From positions 54,258 to 118,257 of the forward strand of contig CAMYUL010000001.1 of assembly GCA_947302125.1 (NCBI GenBank): a stretch of 64,000 nt of DNA, written 5' to 3'. Positions 38,233 through 47,132 of the stretch are shown in pieces. Numbering within the stretch: position 1 is the stretch's first letter; each line of letters opens with the position of its first letter. The notes below the pieces were generated by a model. That model was not told the DNA's origin. It saw nothing but the letters and a program-made list of their open reading frames with translations, and did not search any database. Made by a program: the position numbers and the translations under genes. This DNA is from an uncultured Candidatus Saccharibacteria bacterium (GTDB taxonomy: Bacteria; Patescibacteriota; Saccharimonadia; Saccharimonadales; Saccharimonadaceae).

Positions 38233-41031
38233 ATGGGAGTTGGATTGAAGAGAGAGTTTAGGCTGCGTCGGAATAATATTCCAGCGGCTTTTGGGGTCTT
38301 TTCTGGCGCCTTTATCTTGTCCGTAATGGCATCTTCAGTTTTTGCTCCAGCTAATAGGTCCAACGCCGACACCCTCGTCTTTGAGGATCAGGATTCTGGC
38401 TACACTGCATCAGTCTCTTCTGCTAACACTATAGAACTAGACGTCGCTGCTACTACTGGCGGTACCCTAGCCAGAGCTCATGACACAGTCAACATTGTCA
38501 CAGACAACCCAGAAGGCTATACTCTCTACCTCTCCATGAACAACGTCTCTGACTATTCCGTCAGCAAACCAGGCAACGCCCTCTACCTAGACGGCAATAG
38601 CACTAGCACTAGCTTCATCAACCCAACTTCCGGTACCTCATCAGAACCATCCAGCCTAGGTACTAACGAATGGGGCTACAGCCTAGCAGACAACCTAGCC
38701 TTCTCCAAAGTCCCTCTAAGGTCTAACCCAGACACTGTCGCTACATCAGATTCTGCTACTACCGCAGAAGGAGACAACCTAGACGTCTACTATGGCGTCA
38801 ACGTCAACTCCGCCCTCCCTACCGGTTCCTACACTGGTGTAGTCAACTACTCTGTCCTTTCTGACTACAGTGGAGAAAGCAGTGACAAAGCTGGAGTATT
38901 CCCAGACACTATCACTACTAAGAGCAATGTCCTAGGAAACTACACTATCACCCTCTCCACCAACCTCTACACTACCAGAACCTTCCAGAACAGTGAAGTC
39001 TCCGTCCTAGTCGGAGCCTCTGGCCAAGAACAAGCCTGTACCATAAACGAAGTCTCTACTGCTTCTGGCCAGCTAGTAGTTAGCTGTACTCTTCCTACCT
39101 ACACCTTTACAGACGAAGGTACCTATACTTATCCAATTACTCTCTCTATCCCAAGTTACGGCAAAACATATTCCAATATAACTCTCTCAGTAGAATATGA
39201 AGGTATCCCAGCCTTCTGGTCCATTAGCAAGATGCAAGACATGACTCCAGAAGTCTGTTCCTCCGTCTACACTCCAAACAATACCATCTCCATGACTGAC
39301 GAAAACATCATCACCAAGGCCCGCTTCATGGCTGGAGACTACAATGTTAACAGTGACTACTCCTCTCCACTCGTTCCAGAAACCACCCTAGAAGACGACC
39401 GTGATGCCGATGGTACCGGTACCAAGAAGAGCTATAAAGTCAGAAAACTAGCCGATGGTAACTGCTGGATGGTAGAAAACCTAGAATACGACCTTCTAGC
39501 CCTCTACAACAATGGCAAACGTGGCATCGGCTCTAGGAATGACGGCTCCACCTTCGAGATGACAGATGCTAACCTTGCAACAGGCGTAGCAGGCTACTAT
39601 ACTACTACAGCTAACGCCTTCAACTACGTCATCAACCCTAATACTAAGCCACTAACCAATATCACTAGAACTAGCTACCTTGGCGACGTTACTGGCCAAA
39701 CCGAATACTACTACAACTGGACCGCAGCCACAGCTGGTCAAGGCTCCCAGACTAACACTAGCGGCACCATCGACGGCTCTATCTGCCCAGCTGGCTGGAG
39801 ACTTCCTACTAACTACACCGACACTACTAACCAAAACACCAGCTGGAGTGCTCTAACTAATGCTTATCTAGGTATTACCGAAAACACATCTACCACTACC
39901 GGTTACCAAACCCTAGATCAATACCCAATCAGTCTTTACCGCGCCGGCTTCGTGTACTCTGGAAGCCAGAGCAATGTCATCTATGGCTACTATTGGTCCT
40001 CTACGACCTATAATGCTAACGGCGTCTACAGCTTGTACTACGTCACGTCGCTCGTCCGCCCGCAGGACCACTACAATAAGCGCAACGGTTACCCGATCCG
40101 TTGTGTAGCCCCAGCTAAGAAGACTTTCTGGACAATCGAAACTATGCAAGAAATGACCCCAGAAATCTGTGCTACGGTTTACACTCCAACCAACGCCGTA
40201 TCTATGACTGACGAGAACATCATCACTAAAGAACGCTACCTAGCTGGAGACTATACGGCAACCAGAGACAACTCCTCCCCACTCGTCCCAGAAGTTACCT
40301 TACTAGACGACCGCGACGCCGATGGTACTGGTACCAAGAAGAGCTACAAAGTCAGAAAACTAGCAGATGGTAACTGTTGGATGGTAGAGAACCTCGCTTA
40401 CGACTTAGTAGGTCTCTACAACAATGGTAAACGTGGTATCGGCTCCAGAAATGACGGTTCCACCTTCGAGATGACCGACGCCAACCTTGCAACAGGTGTA
40501 GCTGGGTATTATACTACTACAAACAACGCCCACAACTACGTCATCAACCCTAACACTAAGCCACTAACCAATATTACTAGACAAAGCTACCTTGGCGACG
40601 TTACCGGCCAAACCGAATACTACTACAGCTGGACCGCTGCCACAGCTGGACAAGGCTCCCAAACCAACACTAGTGGCACCATCGACGGCTCCATCTGCCC
40701 AGCTGGCTGGAGACTCCCTACTAATTACACTGACACTACTAACCAAAACATCAGCTGGAGTGCTCTAACTAATGCTTATCTAGGTATTACTACAGACACA
40801 TCTACCCCTACCGGTTACCAAACTCTAGACCAATACCCAGTAAGCCTTTACCGCGCCGGCAACGTGTACTCTGGTAGCCGGCTCGGTACTGCCTACGGCA
40901 GCTATTGGTCCTCTACAGCCAATAATGCTAACTACGGCTACAACCTGGGCTACGGCACGTCTGCCGTCAGCCCTCAGGGCAGAAGCTATAAGTACCGCGG
41001 TCTCCAGCTACGCTGTGTAGTTAGGAGATGA
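38233..41031 (+). CDS. Surface protein with stalk domains and two tandem Fib_succ_major (FISUMP) domains; candidate DGR target
   Basis: N-terminal TM/signal; two copies of DGNCWMVENL..YYYNWTAA..ICPAGWRLP..GxYWSST..GxxxRCV. Confidence 0.85.
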   Translation: MGVGLKREFRLRRNNIPAAFGVFSGAFILSVMASSVFAPANRSNADTLVFEDQDSGYTASVSSANTIELDVAATTGGTLARAHDTVNIVTDNPEGYTLYLSMNNVSDYSVSKPGNALYLDGNSTSTSFINPTSGTSSEPSSLGTNEWGYSLADNLAFSKVPLRSNPDTVATSDSATTAEGDNLDVYYGVNVNSALPTGSYTGVVNYSVLSDYSGESSDKAGVFPDTITTKSNVLGNYTITLSTNLYTTRTFQNSEVSVLVGASGQEQACTINEVSTASGQLVVSCTLPTYTFTDEGTYTYPITLSIPSYGKTYSNITLSVEYEGIPAFWSISKMQDMTPEVCSSVYTPNNTISMTDENIITKARFMAGDYNVNSDYSSPLVPETTLEDDRDADGTGTKKSYKVRKLADGNCWMVENLEYDLLALYNNGKRGIGSRNDGSTFEMTDANLATGVAGYYTTTANAFNYVINPNTKPLTNITRTSYLGDVTGQTEYYYNWTAATAGQGSQTNTSGTIDGSICPAGWRLPTNYTDTTNQNTSWSALTNAYLGITENTSTTTGYQTLDQYPISLYRAGFVYSGSQSNVIYGYYWSSTTYNANGVYSLYYVTSLVRPQDHYNKRNGYPIRCVAPAKKTFWTIETMQEMTPEICATVYTPTNAVSMTDENIITKERYLAGDYTATRDNSSPLVPEVTLLDDRDADGTGTKKSYKVRKLADGNCWMVENLAYDLVGLYNNGKRGIGSRNDGSTFEMTDANLATGVAGYYTTTNNAHNYVINPNTKPLTNITRQSYLGDVTGQTEYYYSWTAATAGQGSQTNTSGTIDGSICPAGWRLPTNYTDTTNQNISWSALTNAYLGITTDTSTPTGYQTLDQYPVSLYRAGNVYSGSRLGTAYGSYWSSTANNANYGYNLGYGTSAVSPQGRSYKYRGLQLRCVVRR
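39214..41019 (+). repeat. Intragenic tandem duplication of the FISUMP module (912-nt period)
   Basis: Collinear copies, e.g. 39949 aligns with 40861. Confidence 0.92.
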
Positions 41032-41049
41032 AAATTCTTACACTAGATG

Positions 41050-41079
41050 AAAAATCCCCGCAGGTTTGCGGGGATTTTT
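41050..41079. terminator. GC-rich hairpin / bidirectional terminator
   Basis: AAAAATCCCCGCA-GGTT-TGCGGGGATTTTT between convergent genes. Confidence 0.85.
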
Positions 41080-41084
41080 GAAGC

Positions 41085-41660
41085 TTAAGGAGTTTTTGCG
41101 AAGTGCTCCCAGATTTCGACATCGGCAGCTTTGTTTTTGTGGGATAGCTCTGCTTGGGCAACCTTTAATTGGTCGCGAACATAGCGGTTTCTTAATCCGA
41201 CAATGCGAAGAGCACACAGGATGCCATTTTCGATGCCGTCAATGGCGGTGGTGACGATGGGCACTCCAGGGGGAGATTGGGCGATGCTACAGAGAGCATC
41301 AAAGCCATTCAAGGCTGAGCCGCTCAAGGGAACGCCGATAACTGGAATATCGGTCTTAGCGGCGATGTAGCTAGGTAGGAAGGCAGCCATGCCAGCGCAG
41401 GCGATGATCACATCGATGGTATCGTTGCTGTGATTCCCTCTTTGATTCTCATTGTTCTGATTGACAGTCTCTATGAACTCGTCGACGCCTGCAGGGTTAC
41501 GGTGCGAAGATAAACAGCGCACCCCGATCCGTAATAGGTTGCTCTCGTCAGGATATGCCCTGGCTTCTACGGCGCCAGCGAAGTCTTTTAAGAATTTGAT
41601 TCCTGATGCAAGTTTAGGCTCATCTGATGGGGAGCCCATGATGATTACAATTTCTGACAT
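41085..41660 (-). CDS. purE: PurE/AIR carboxylase family protein
   Basis: IIMGSPSD, SSHRNP, IIACAGMAAFLP, PVIGVP, DALCSIAQSPPGVPI. Confidence 0.85.
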   Translation of the reverse strand: MSEIVIIMGSPSDEPKLASGIKFLKDFAGAVEARAYPDESNLLRIGVRCLSSHRNPAGVDEFIETVNQNNENQRGNHSNDTIDVIIACAGMAAFLPSYIAAKTDIPVIGVPLSGSALNGFDALCSIAQSPPGVPIVTTAIDGIENGILCALRIVGLRNRYVRDQLKVAQAELSHKNKAADVEIWEHFAKTP

Positions 41661-42122
41661 TTATTCCCTCCTTTGCCATCCATTTAAATGTACAACCCTT
41701 TAGCTTCCCTGTTATTATAGCAGGTTCGTATCGATGTGGGAAGAGTTTTTCGATATTACAACATAATTCCCTGGCTATTTTGTATAATTTTTCTTATGTT
41801 TTCTTTCCCTGTTTATCTCTGTTGATTCCGGTTATGAAAAAAATTGCACCTACGTGCAAAAACATTTCTTGACATTGACAAATTAGCCGATTGATGGCTT
41901 TATGAGGAATTTTCGAATTGTGTGTTTGTTCCAAACTCCGAACCTGCGTACAATGACCTGTTCTGATATTCATTTTAGCATGAGCGGGTTGCTAAGTCAA
42001 TAGGTTTCTAATAATAATCTATTAAAAAGGTTGTGATTATTCGCAGATGGGGAAAAGTTTGTGGTTATTTGAGGATTTTATGAGGTTTTGAGGAATTTGA
42101 GTGGGCGTGGTAAAATGTGAAC

Positions 42123-42329
42123 ATGGCATACATTCGGAAATTTAAGACAGGGTCGGGGGCGACTGGCGTGCAGGTTTGCTACAAAGAGCAGGGAAAGGTA
42201 GTTAAAACCGTGCACGTGGGGTCGGCGAATTCCGAAGAACACTTGAATAAGCTGCTAAAGAAAGCGCAGGGAATTATCGACGGGGAAAGGCCGGCGCTGT
42301 TTAAGTTAAGCAAGTTTGATAAGCAGTAA
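42123..42329 (+). CDS. Small protein resembling the N-terminal domain of IS1634-family transposases
   Basis: MAYIRKFKTGSGATGVQV..HVGSA resembles the IS1634 N-terminus as I recall it; no DDE domain follows. Confidence 0.55.
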   Translation: MAYIRKFKTGSGATGVQVCYKEQGKVVKTVHVGSANSEEHLNKLLKKAQGIIDGERPALFKLSKFDKQ

Positions 42330-42330
42330 A

Positions 42331-43335
42331 TTATCTGGCGAGTTTTCTGATAGCGCGGTTTAGCTTGCGGAAATTCTGATAGAGCTTGTATTTTTGAGGT
42401 TTAAAAATCAGGTCGTAAGTGCCGGCATACTTCTGTTCTTCGCCGCCAAAAGATTTTTTGAAGCTGGTGAAACCGGCCCAAGGATGGGACTTAGGCGCGC
42501 CGTCTGGGGCGATGCCCCAAAAATCGAGTTTTTTGAGGCTTTTCTTCTTGGCGTCCTTGATGGCTTCGTTAATGATCGCATAAGTAGCTGGGAGTTTTCT
42601 AAAATTGTAGTCCGAGGCGGATTGCATGTAGAAACGGGTGTCTTCGTGGTCGAAAAACAGGGAAGCGGCAACTGGGAAGGGATTTTTTGCGATTTTTTCT
42701 GGCGAAGGGTCGAGAGCAGGATCATAATAGGCGACAAAAAGGGTCGAGAAAGGTTGCTCGAACTCAATTTTTAGATATTTCTCCGAAAATGCGCCGAATT
42801 TATGATTTTTAGCGACTTGTCTCTGTAAATCGGCCAAAATTTTGATTTTTGCGGCGGTTTTTTCTGGATTTTTCTGGTCAAAAACGAATTTTTCTACTTT
42901 GAGGCCTTTTTTCTGATAATTTTTGCAGAGATTCCTGGTATTTTGCTTCATACCCTGGTAAATTGCGTCGATTTCTGACTCGAGATCTAGGATCCAGGTC
43001 TCTTTAGGGCTCAAATCCTTGGATTTTTTGACTTTTTTGATGGTTTTGCCGGTTCTTAGCCATTCTGGCGCGATTTCCGCGTTTTGAGGCTCAATTCTGA
43101 TAAAGGTTACGTTTTTTTCGTGTCCAAGGCTTTCTAGGCGCTTATATGCGCTCTCAGCGGCATTTTTGTCCTGGGCATATGGTCCGTAAGGCAAATAAAG
43201 GTAGGTTCCGCCGATTTTTGGGTGTTTTTCTACGGCTAAGATGTTGTAGTCGTTTTCTTTCTCAAAAAAAGTGGTCTCATTCTGGCTTTTTAGGAGATTT
43301 TGCCATTTTTCGGTTTGTTGAAGCGGAATTTCCAT
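42331..43335 (-). CDS. FemABX/FemX-family peptidoglycan bridge aminoacyltransferase
   Basis: LQQTEKW, YLPYGP, FIRIEP, TWILDL, DFWGI..HPWAGFTSFKKSFGG..Y.GTYD. Confidence 0.88.
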   Translation of the reverse strand: MEIPLQQTEKWQNLLKSQNETTFFEKENDYNILAVEKHPKIGGTYLYLPYGPYAQDKNAAESAYKRLESLGHEKNVTFIRIEPQNAEIAPEWLRTGKTIKKVKKSKDLSPKETWILDLESEIDAIYQGMKQNTRNLCKNYQKKGLKVEKFVFDQKNPEKTAAKIKILADLQRQVAKNHKFGAFSEKYLKIEFEQPFSTLFVAYYDPALDPSPEKIAKNPFPVAASLFFDHEDTRFYMQSASDYNFRKLPATYAIINEAIKDAKKKSLKKLDFWGIAPDGAPKSHPWAGFTSFKKSFGGEEQKYAGTYDLIFKPQKYKLYQNFRKLNRAIRKLAR

Positions 43336-43356
43336 TTGAGTTTATTATAGCACAAA

Positions 43357-43394
43357 AGTTTTCCACAGGGGTAGAGGGAGTTTTCCACAGGGGT
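43357..43394. promoter_or_regulatory. 16-bp direct repeat containing a DnaA-box-like TTTTCCACA
   Basis: AGTTTTCCACAGGGGT at 43357-43372 and 43379-43394, in a divergent promoter region. Confidence 0.6.
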
Positions 43395-43464
43395 GTGGGT
43401 AAAATTTGTGTGGGTGTGATAAGATAGAGTTAATAATATTAACGGTGGGCAGAAGGGTGCGAAA

Positions 43465-44511
43465 ATGACAGAGAAGAGCGAAGATAAACAAGTGGCGATT
43501 TATAAGGCAGTTTCTGGCGAGGTGGTGTTTAATGTTGATGCGGAAGAAGAGACGATTTGGGCGCCGATAGATCAAATTGCGGAACTTTTTGGAGTGACGA
43601 GGCGTAGTATTGAAATCCATTTGAAGAATATTTACGACACCGAAGAACTTGATGAAAAACGAACTGCGAAAAAAAGTTTCGCGGTTCGAACAGAGGGGAA
43701 ACGCGAGGTGCGGCGCGAAGTGAGCATGTATAATCTCGATGCGATTATCTCGGTGGGGTATCGGGTGAACTCGCAAAAGGCGACGAATTTTAGGATTTGG
43801 GCAACAAAGACATTGAAGCAATATATCGTCGGGGGTGTGGCAGTAAATGAGCGAAGACTGAAGCAGCTTTCTGCGAAGCGACTGGCTGATGTTGAGAATA
43901 TGATGGGGGTGGTGAGGCGGCTGATTGCTAGGCAAGAGCTTGATGCGGGCGAAGCGAATGGTGTGCTGGAGGTGATTTCTAAGTATGCGGGCAGCTTTGA
44001 GATGTTGAAGGAATATGATGACGGGTTTATCGACCTTTCTTATGTGAATGCGATGGGTGGGAAGAAGCCTGAGGGGAAGGCTGGTAGTAAGACCGGAAAA
44101 GCGAAGGAGTTGACGCCGGAAATGTGCGAGGAGGTGGTTAATAGCTTGAGGAAATCGGTTGATGGGGGTGAGCTATTTGGGAAGCTCAGGAATAAGAGCT
44201 TCGCCGGGGCGCTCGCGGCGATTTATCAGAGCTTTGATGGGAAAGAGCTGTATCCGTCGGTGGCGGAAAAGGCAGCGAATTTGTTGTACTTTGTGATTAA
44301 GGACCATCCATTTTATGATGGGAACAAGCGAATTGGATCGTTGCTCTTTATCGTGTTTTTGACGATGAATGATTACCATTTAACAGAGAATGGTGAGACG
44401 AAGATTTCTGATCGAGCGTTGACGGCCCTGGCGCTTCTAATTGCGGAAAGTGAGCCTTCGGAGAAGGGCTTGATTGTGAATTTGACTAGGAAGCTCCTGG
44501 ATTGGAGATAA
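43465..44511 (+). CDS. RhuM-like N-terminal domain + Fic/DOC domain protein
   Basis: ETIW..QIAELF..YNLDAIISVGYRVNS..FRIWAT (RhuM); HPFYDGNKRIG (Fic motif). Confidence 0.9.
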   Translation: MTEKSEDKQVAIYKAVSGEVVFNVDAEEETIWAPIDQIAELFGVTRRSIEIHLKNIYDTEELDEKRTAKKSFAVRTEGKREVRREVSMYNLDAIISVGYRVNSQKATNFRIWATKTLKQYIVGGVAVNERRLKQLSAKRLADVENMMGVVRRLIARQELDAGEANGVLEVISKYAGSFEMLKEYDDGFIDLSYVNAMGGKKPEGKAGSKTGKAKELTPEMCEEVVNSLRKSVDGGELFGKLRNKSFAGALAAIYQSFDGKELYPSVAEKAANLLYFVIKDHPFYDGNKRIGSLLFIVFLTMNDYHLTENGETKISDRALTALALLIAESEPSEKGLIVNLTRKLLDWR

Positions 44512-44512
44512 A

Positions 44513-45316
44513 ATGAAGCTCGCGCGCGAACACTGGAACAGGGAAGATTACCAGGAGTTTTGCGACTTTTTGTTTGCTGAGGCGGAAGAGGGGTATCGGG
44601 AATTTGTGCTTGGCGGAATAATTACTGAGCGGACGCTTCTAGGTGTGCGGGTGCCAAGATGTCGGGAGATTGCCAAGGAAATCTTGAAGGGTGCGGCTTT
44701 GGAATTTTTGAAATTTGAGCCGGTGACATTTGAGGAAGTAATGGTGAGGGGGCTGGTGATTGCCGGGTTGCCGTATGATGAAATGGTGGCAAGACTGAAA
44801 GATTTTGTCGCACTAATTGATAACTGGGAAATTTGTGATGTGTTTTGCGCGGCGACGGGGAAGAACGTGCGAAAGCACCGCGCAGAATTTTTGGAAGAAA
44901 TCGATAAAATGCTGTGGTCGCTGGATGAATTCCAGACGCGATTTGCGCTGGTGAGCCTACTTGATCATTACATCGTGGCGGATTATTTGCCGGTGATATT
45001 TGATAGACTTTCTGGGACTGCGCCGTATCTTTCTGATGGGCCGGGGGAGCTGTCGGTGGAGCGAGCGGCGGGGTCTTATAATGGTGAGCGCGTGAGAGAC
45101 GTGATGGCGTGGGATGCGTATTACGTAAAAATGGCGGTGGCGTGGCTGGTTGCGACGTGTTTTTGTAAATTTCCAGAGGAAACTTACGCGTGGTTTGTAG
45201 AGTCGAAATTGCCAAGATGGACGCACAATAAAGCGATTGCTAAGGCGTGTGAATCATATCGAGTGGATAGAGATTTGAAGGCGGAGCTTAAAAAGCTTAA
45301 ACATCCGAAGCTCTAA
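44513..45316 (+). CDS. DNA alkylation repair protein (AlkD-like HEAT repeats)
   Basis: LGVRVP..R.IAK, IDNWEICD, YYVKMAVAW, HNKAI.K..ESYR. Confidence 0.85.
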   Translation: MKLAREHWNREDYQEFCDFLFAEAEEGYREFVLGGIITERTLLGVRVPRCREIAKEILKGAALEFLKFEPVTFEEVMVRGLVIAGLPYDEMVARLKDFVALIDNWEICDVFCAATGKNVRKHRAEFLEEIDKMLWSLDEFQTRFALVSLLDHYIVADYLPVIFDRLSGTAPYLSDGPGELSVERAAGSYNGERVRDVMAWDAYYVKMAVAWLVATCFCKFPEETYAWFVESKLPRWTHNKAIAKACESYRVDRDLKAELKKLKHPKL

Positions 45317-45977
45317 TCTTGCGGGTCAAAAGCAAGAAGGCCATGAAGGAATAAATGTAGCCGGTCTCGATAATAAGGGTATTTCCCCAGAGAGCATCCA
45401 ATTTGGCGAGGAAAACAATAACGTAAAGTAGGCCATAGACGGCGAAGAAAACGCAGATTTTAGTGGTGTTCTTTGGGATGAGGAGTTTCTTAGGGGCTTT
45501 TAGGAAAGAGATGTCCTGAAGGGCGGTGAGGTGATTTGGGTGAGACAAACGAAGAGTCTCAAGAGCCATACAAAACATTGCGAGGAACATGAGTCGGGAG
45601 CTGACGATATGGATACTGTTGACGATTTCTCTGATAATTGGGTCCGTAATGAAATTGTTGTGAGGGCAGATGGAGAGAATTAGGAAACCGAGGGCTTGGA
45701 CGCAGCTTAAGACGAACCACAAAGTGGAGCGAGAACTTCTGAGGGAAAGGTAATAACGGAACATGATAGTGACGATTGCGAAGTTGCAGATGGCAAAAAG
45801 AACGGAAGACCAAACGCTGAGGCCGACATAGCGAGAGACGGTTAAGGTAAGGTTGCCGGCGTAGCCTTGTGAGGTCCAGTAATAGCCAAGGATGACTACT
45901 TGGGAAAATGCAAAAATTAATGGGGCGAGGCCGAGGGCAAGTACGGGAGATTTGAGAATTCTTTTAAAACGTTCCAT
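45297..45977 (-). CDS. Hypothetical membrane protein
   Basis: About 6 TMs; TVSRYVG motif; directly downstream of tsaD. Confidence 0.7.
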   Translation of the reverse strand: MERFKRILKSPVLALGLAPLIFAFSQVVILGYYWTSQGYAGNLTLTVSRYVGLSVWSSVLFAICNFAIVTIMFRYYLSLRSSRSTLWFVLSCVQALGFLILSICPHNNFITDPIIREIVNSIHIVSSRLMFLAMFCMALETLRLSHPNHLTALQDISFLKAPKKLLIPKNTTKICVFFAVYGLLYVIVFLAKLDALWGNTLIIETGYIYSFMAFLLLTRKIRASDV

Positions 45978-45989
45978 GTGAATAGTATA

Positions 45990-47093
45990 TTACGAAATGT
46001 CCTTTCTGGGAAGGATGTTTAGCTTGTATGGATCGGTTGGGTTGACGCCGGAAGCGATTTCATAGAAAGTGGCGGCGCCGACCATGGCGGCGTTGTCGCC
46101 AGAGAATTTCGGCTCTGGGAAGAAAATATTTGGCGCGAATTTTGCGGTGGCGCATTCTCTTAAGCGCTCGTTGGCGGAGACGCCGCCGGCGATGACGATA
46201 GACTTGGTGTCTGGATATTTTGCCAAGGCTTTTTCTAAGTTTTCTAGGAGAATGTCAACGGCGGTTTGCTCAAAACTGGCGGCAAAGTCGGCGATTTGCT
46301 CATCAGATAAATGGTTCTTGAGATCGTAAGATGGGTGGTTTAATGGGAGGCCTAGTTCTTCTTGAATTTTTCTGAGAACGGCGGTCTTAAGACCGGAGAA
46401 AGAGAAATCGAGATCGGTATGATCAGAAGAGTTGTTGCCGGCGCGGGCGGGAGCGGTGAGCTTTGGGTGAGGGAATTTGTATTTCTTTGGGTTGCCGTTT
46501 TTGGCGGCCTGAGCGATGGATGGGCCGCCAGGATAAGGGAGTCCGAGAATCTTGGCAACTTTGTCAAAACATTCGCCGACGGCATCATCCCTAGTAGTGC
46601 CGATGATTTCGAACTGGTTGTGAGCCTGCATTCTGATGATTTGAGTATGGCCACCAGAAACGACTAGGGCTAAGAGTGGAAATTTAGGAATAGATTTTTT
46701 GGCTTCTAGCCAGTTGGCGTAGATGTGGGATTTTAAATGATGAACGGCGTAGAGAGGTTTGTGATGAAGAATGGCAAGAGTGCGGGCGGTGAGGGTGCCG
46801 ATTAATAGGGAACCAAGGAGTCCAGGAGTGTGAGTGACGGCGATGGCGTCGATTTTATTCCAGTCGTTTTTCTTGAATCCGGCTTCTTCGAAAGCTTTGT
46901 GGATGACGGGCAAAATAGCTTCGAGGTGAGAACGGGCGGCAACTTCGGGAATGACACCACCGTATTCTTTGAAAATATCGATTTGAGAAACGACGACATT
47001 AGAAAGTAGCTCTGGGGTACCGTTTTCTGGATTGCCAGAGATAATAGCGGCGGCGGTTTCGTCGCAGGAACTTTCGATGCTTAGGATATTCAT
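45990..47093 (-). CDS. tsaD: tRNA N6-adenosine threonylcarbamoyltransferase TsaD
   Basis: IESSCDETAAA, GGVIPEVAARSH, VSGGHT, DDAVGECFDK, GGVSAN, DNAAMV. Confidence 0.97.
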   Translation of the reverse strand: MNILSIESSCDETAAAIISGNPENGTPELLSNVVVSQIDIFKEYGGVIPEVAARSHLEAILPVIHKAFEEAGFKKNDWNKIDAIAVTHTPGLLGSLLIGTLTARTLAILHHKPLYAVHHLKSHIYANWLEAKKSIPKFPLLALVVSGGHTQIIRMQAHNQFEIIGTTRDDAVGECFDKVAKILGLPYPGGPSIAQAAKNGNPKKYKFPHPKLTAPARAGNNSSDHTDLDFSFSGLKTAVLRKIQEELGLPLNHPSYDLKNHLSDEQIADFAASFEQTAVDILLENLEKALAKYPDTKSIVIAGGVSANERLRECATAKFAPNIFFPEPKFSGDNAAMVGAATFYEIASGVNPTDPYKLNILPRKDIS

Positions 47094-47132
47094 TTTGTGA
47101 TATTATACCATAGATTTACAGGGGTGACAAGC

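Noticed and set aside
41837..41935. tracrRNA-like look (GTTTGGAAC.. and a terminal GCAC/GTGC hairpin)
   Set aside because: Superficial similarity only, with no cas9 or repeat to pair with; kept only as a generic sRNA candidate.
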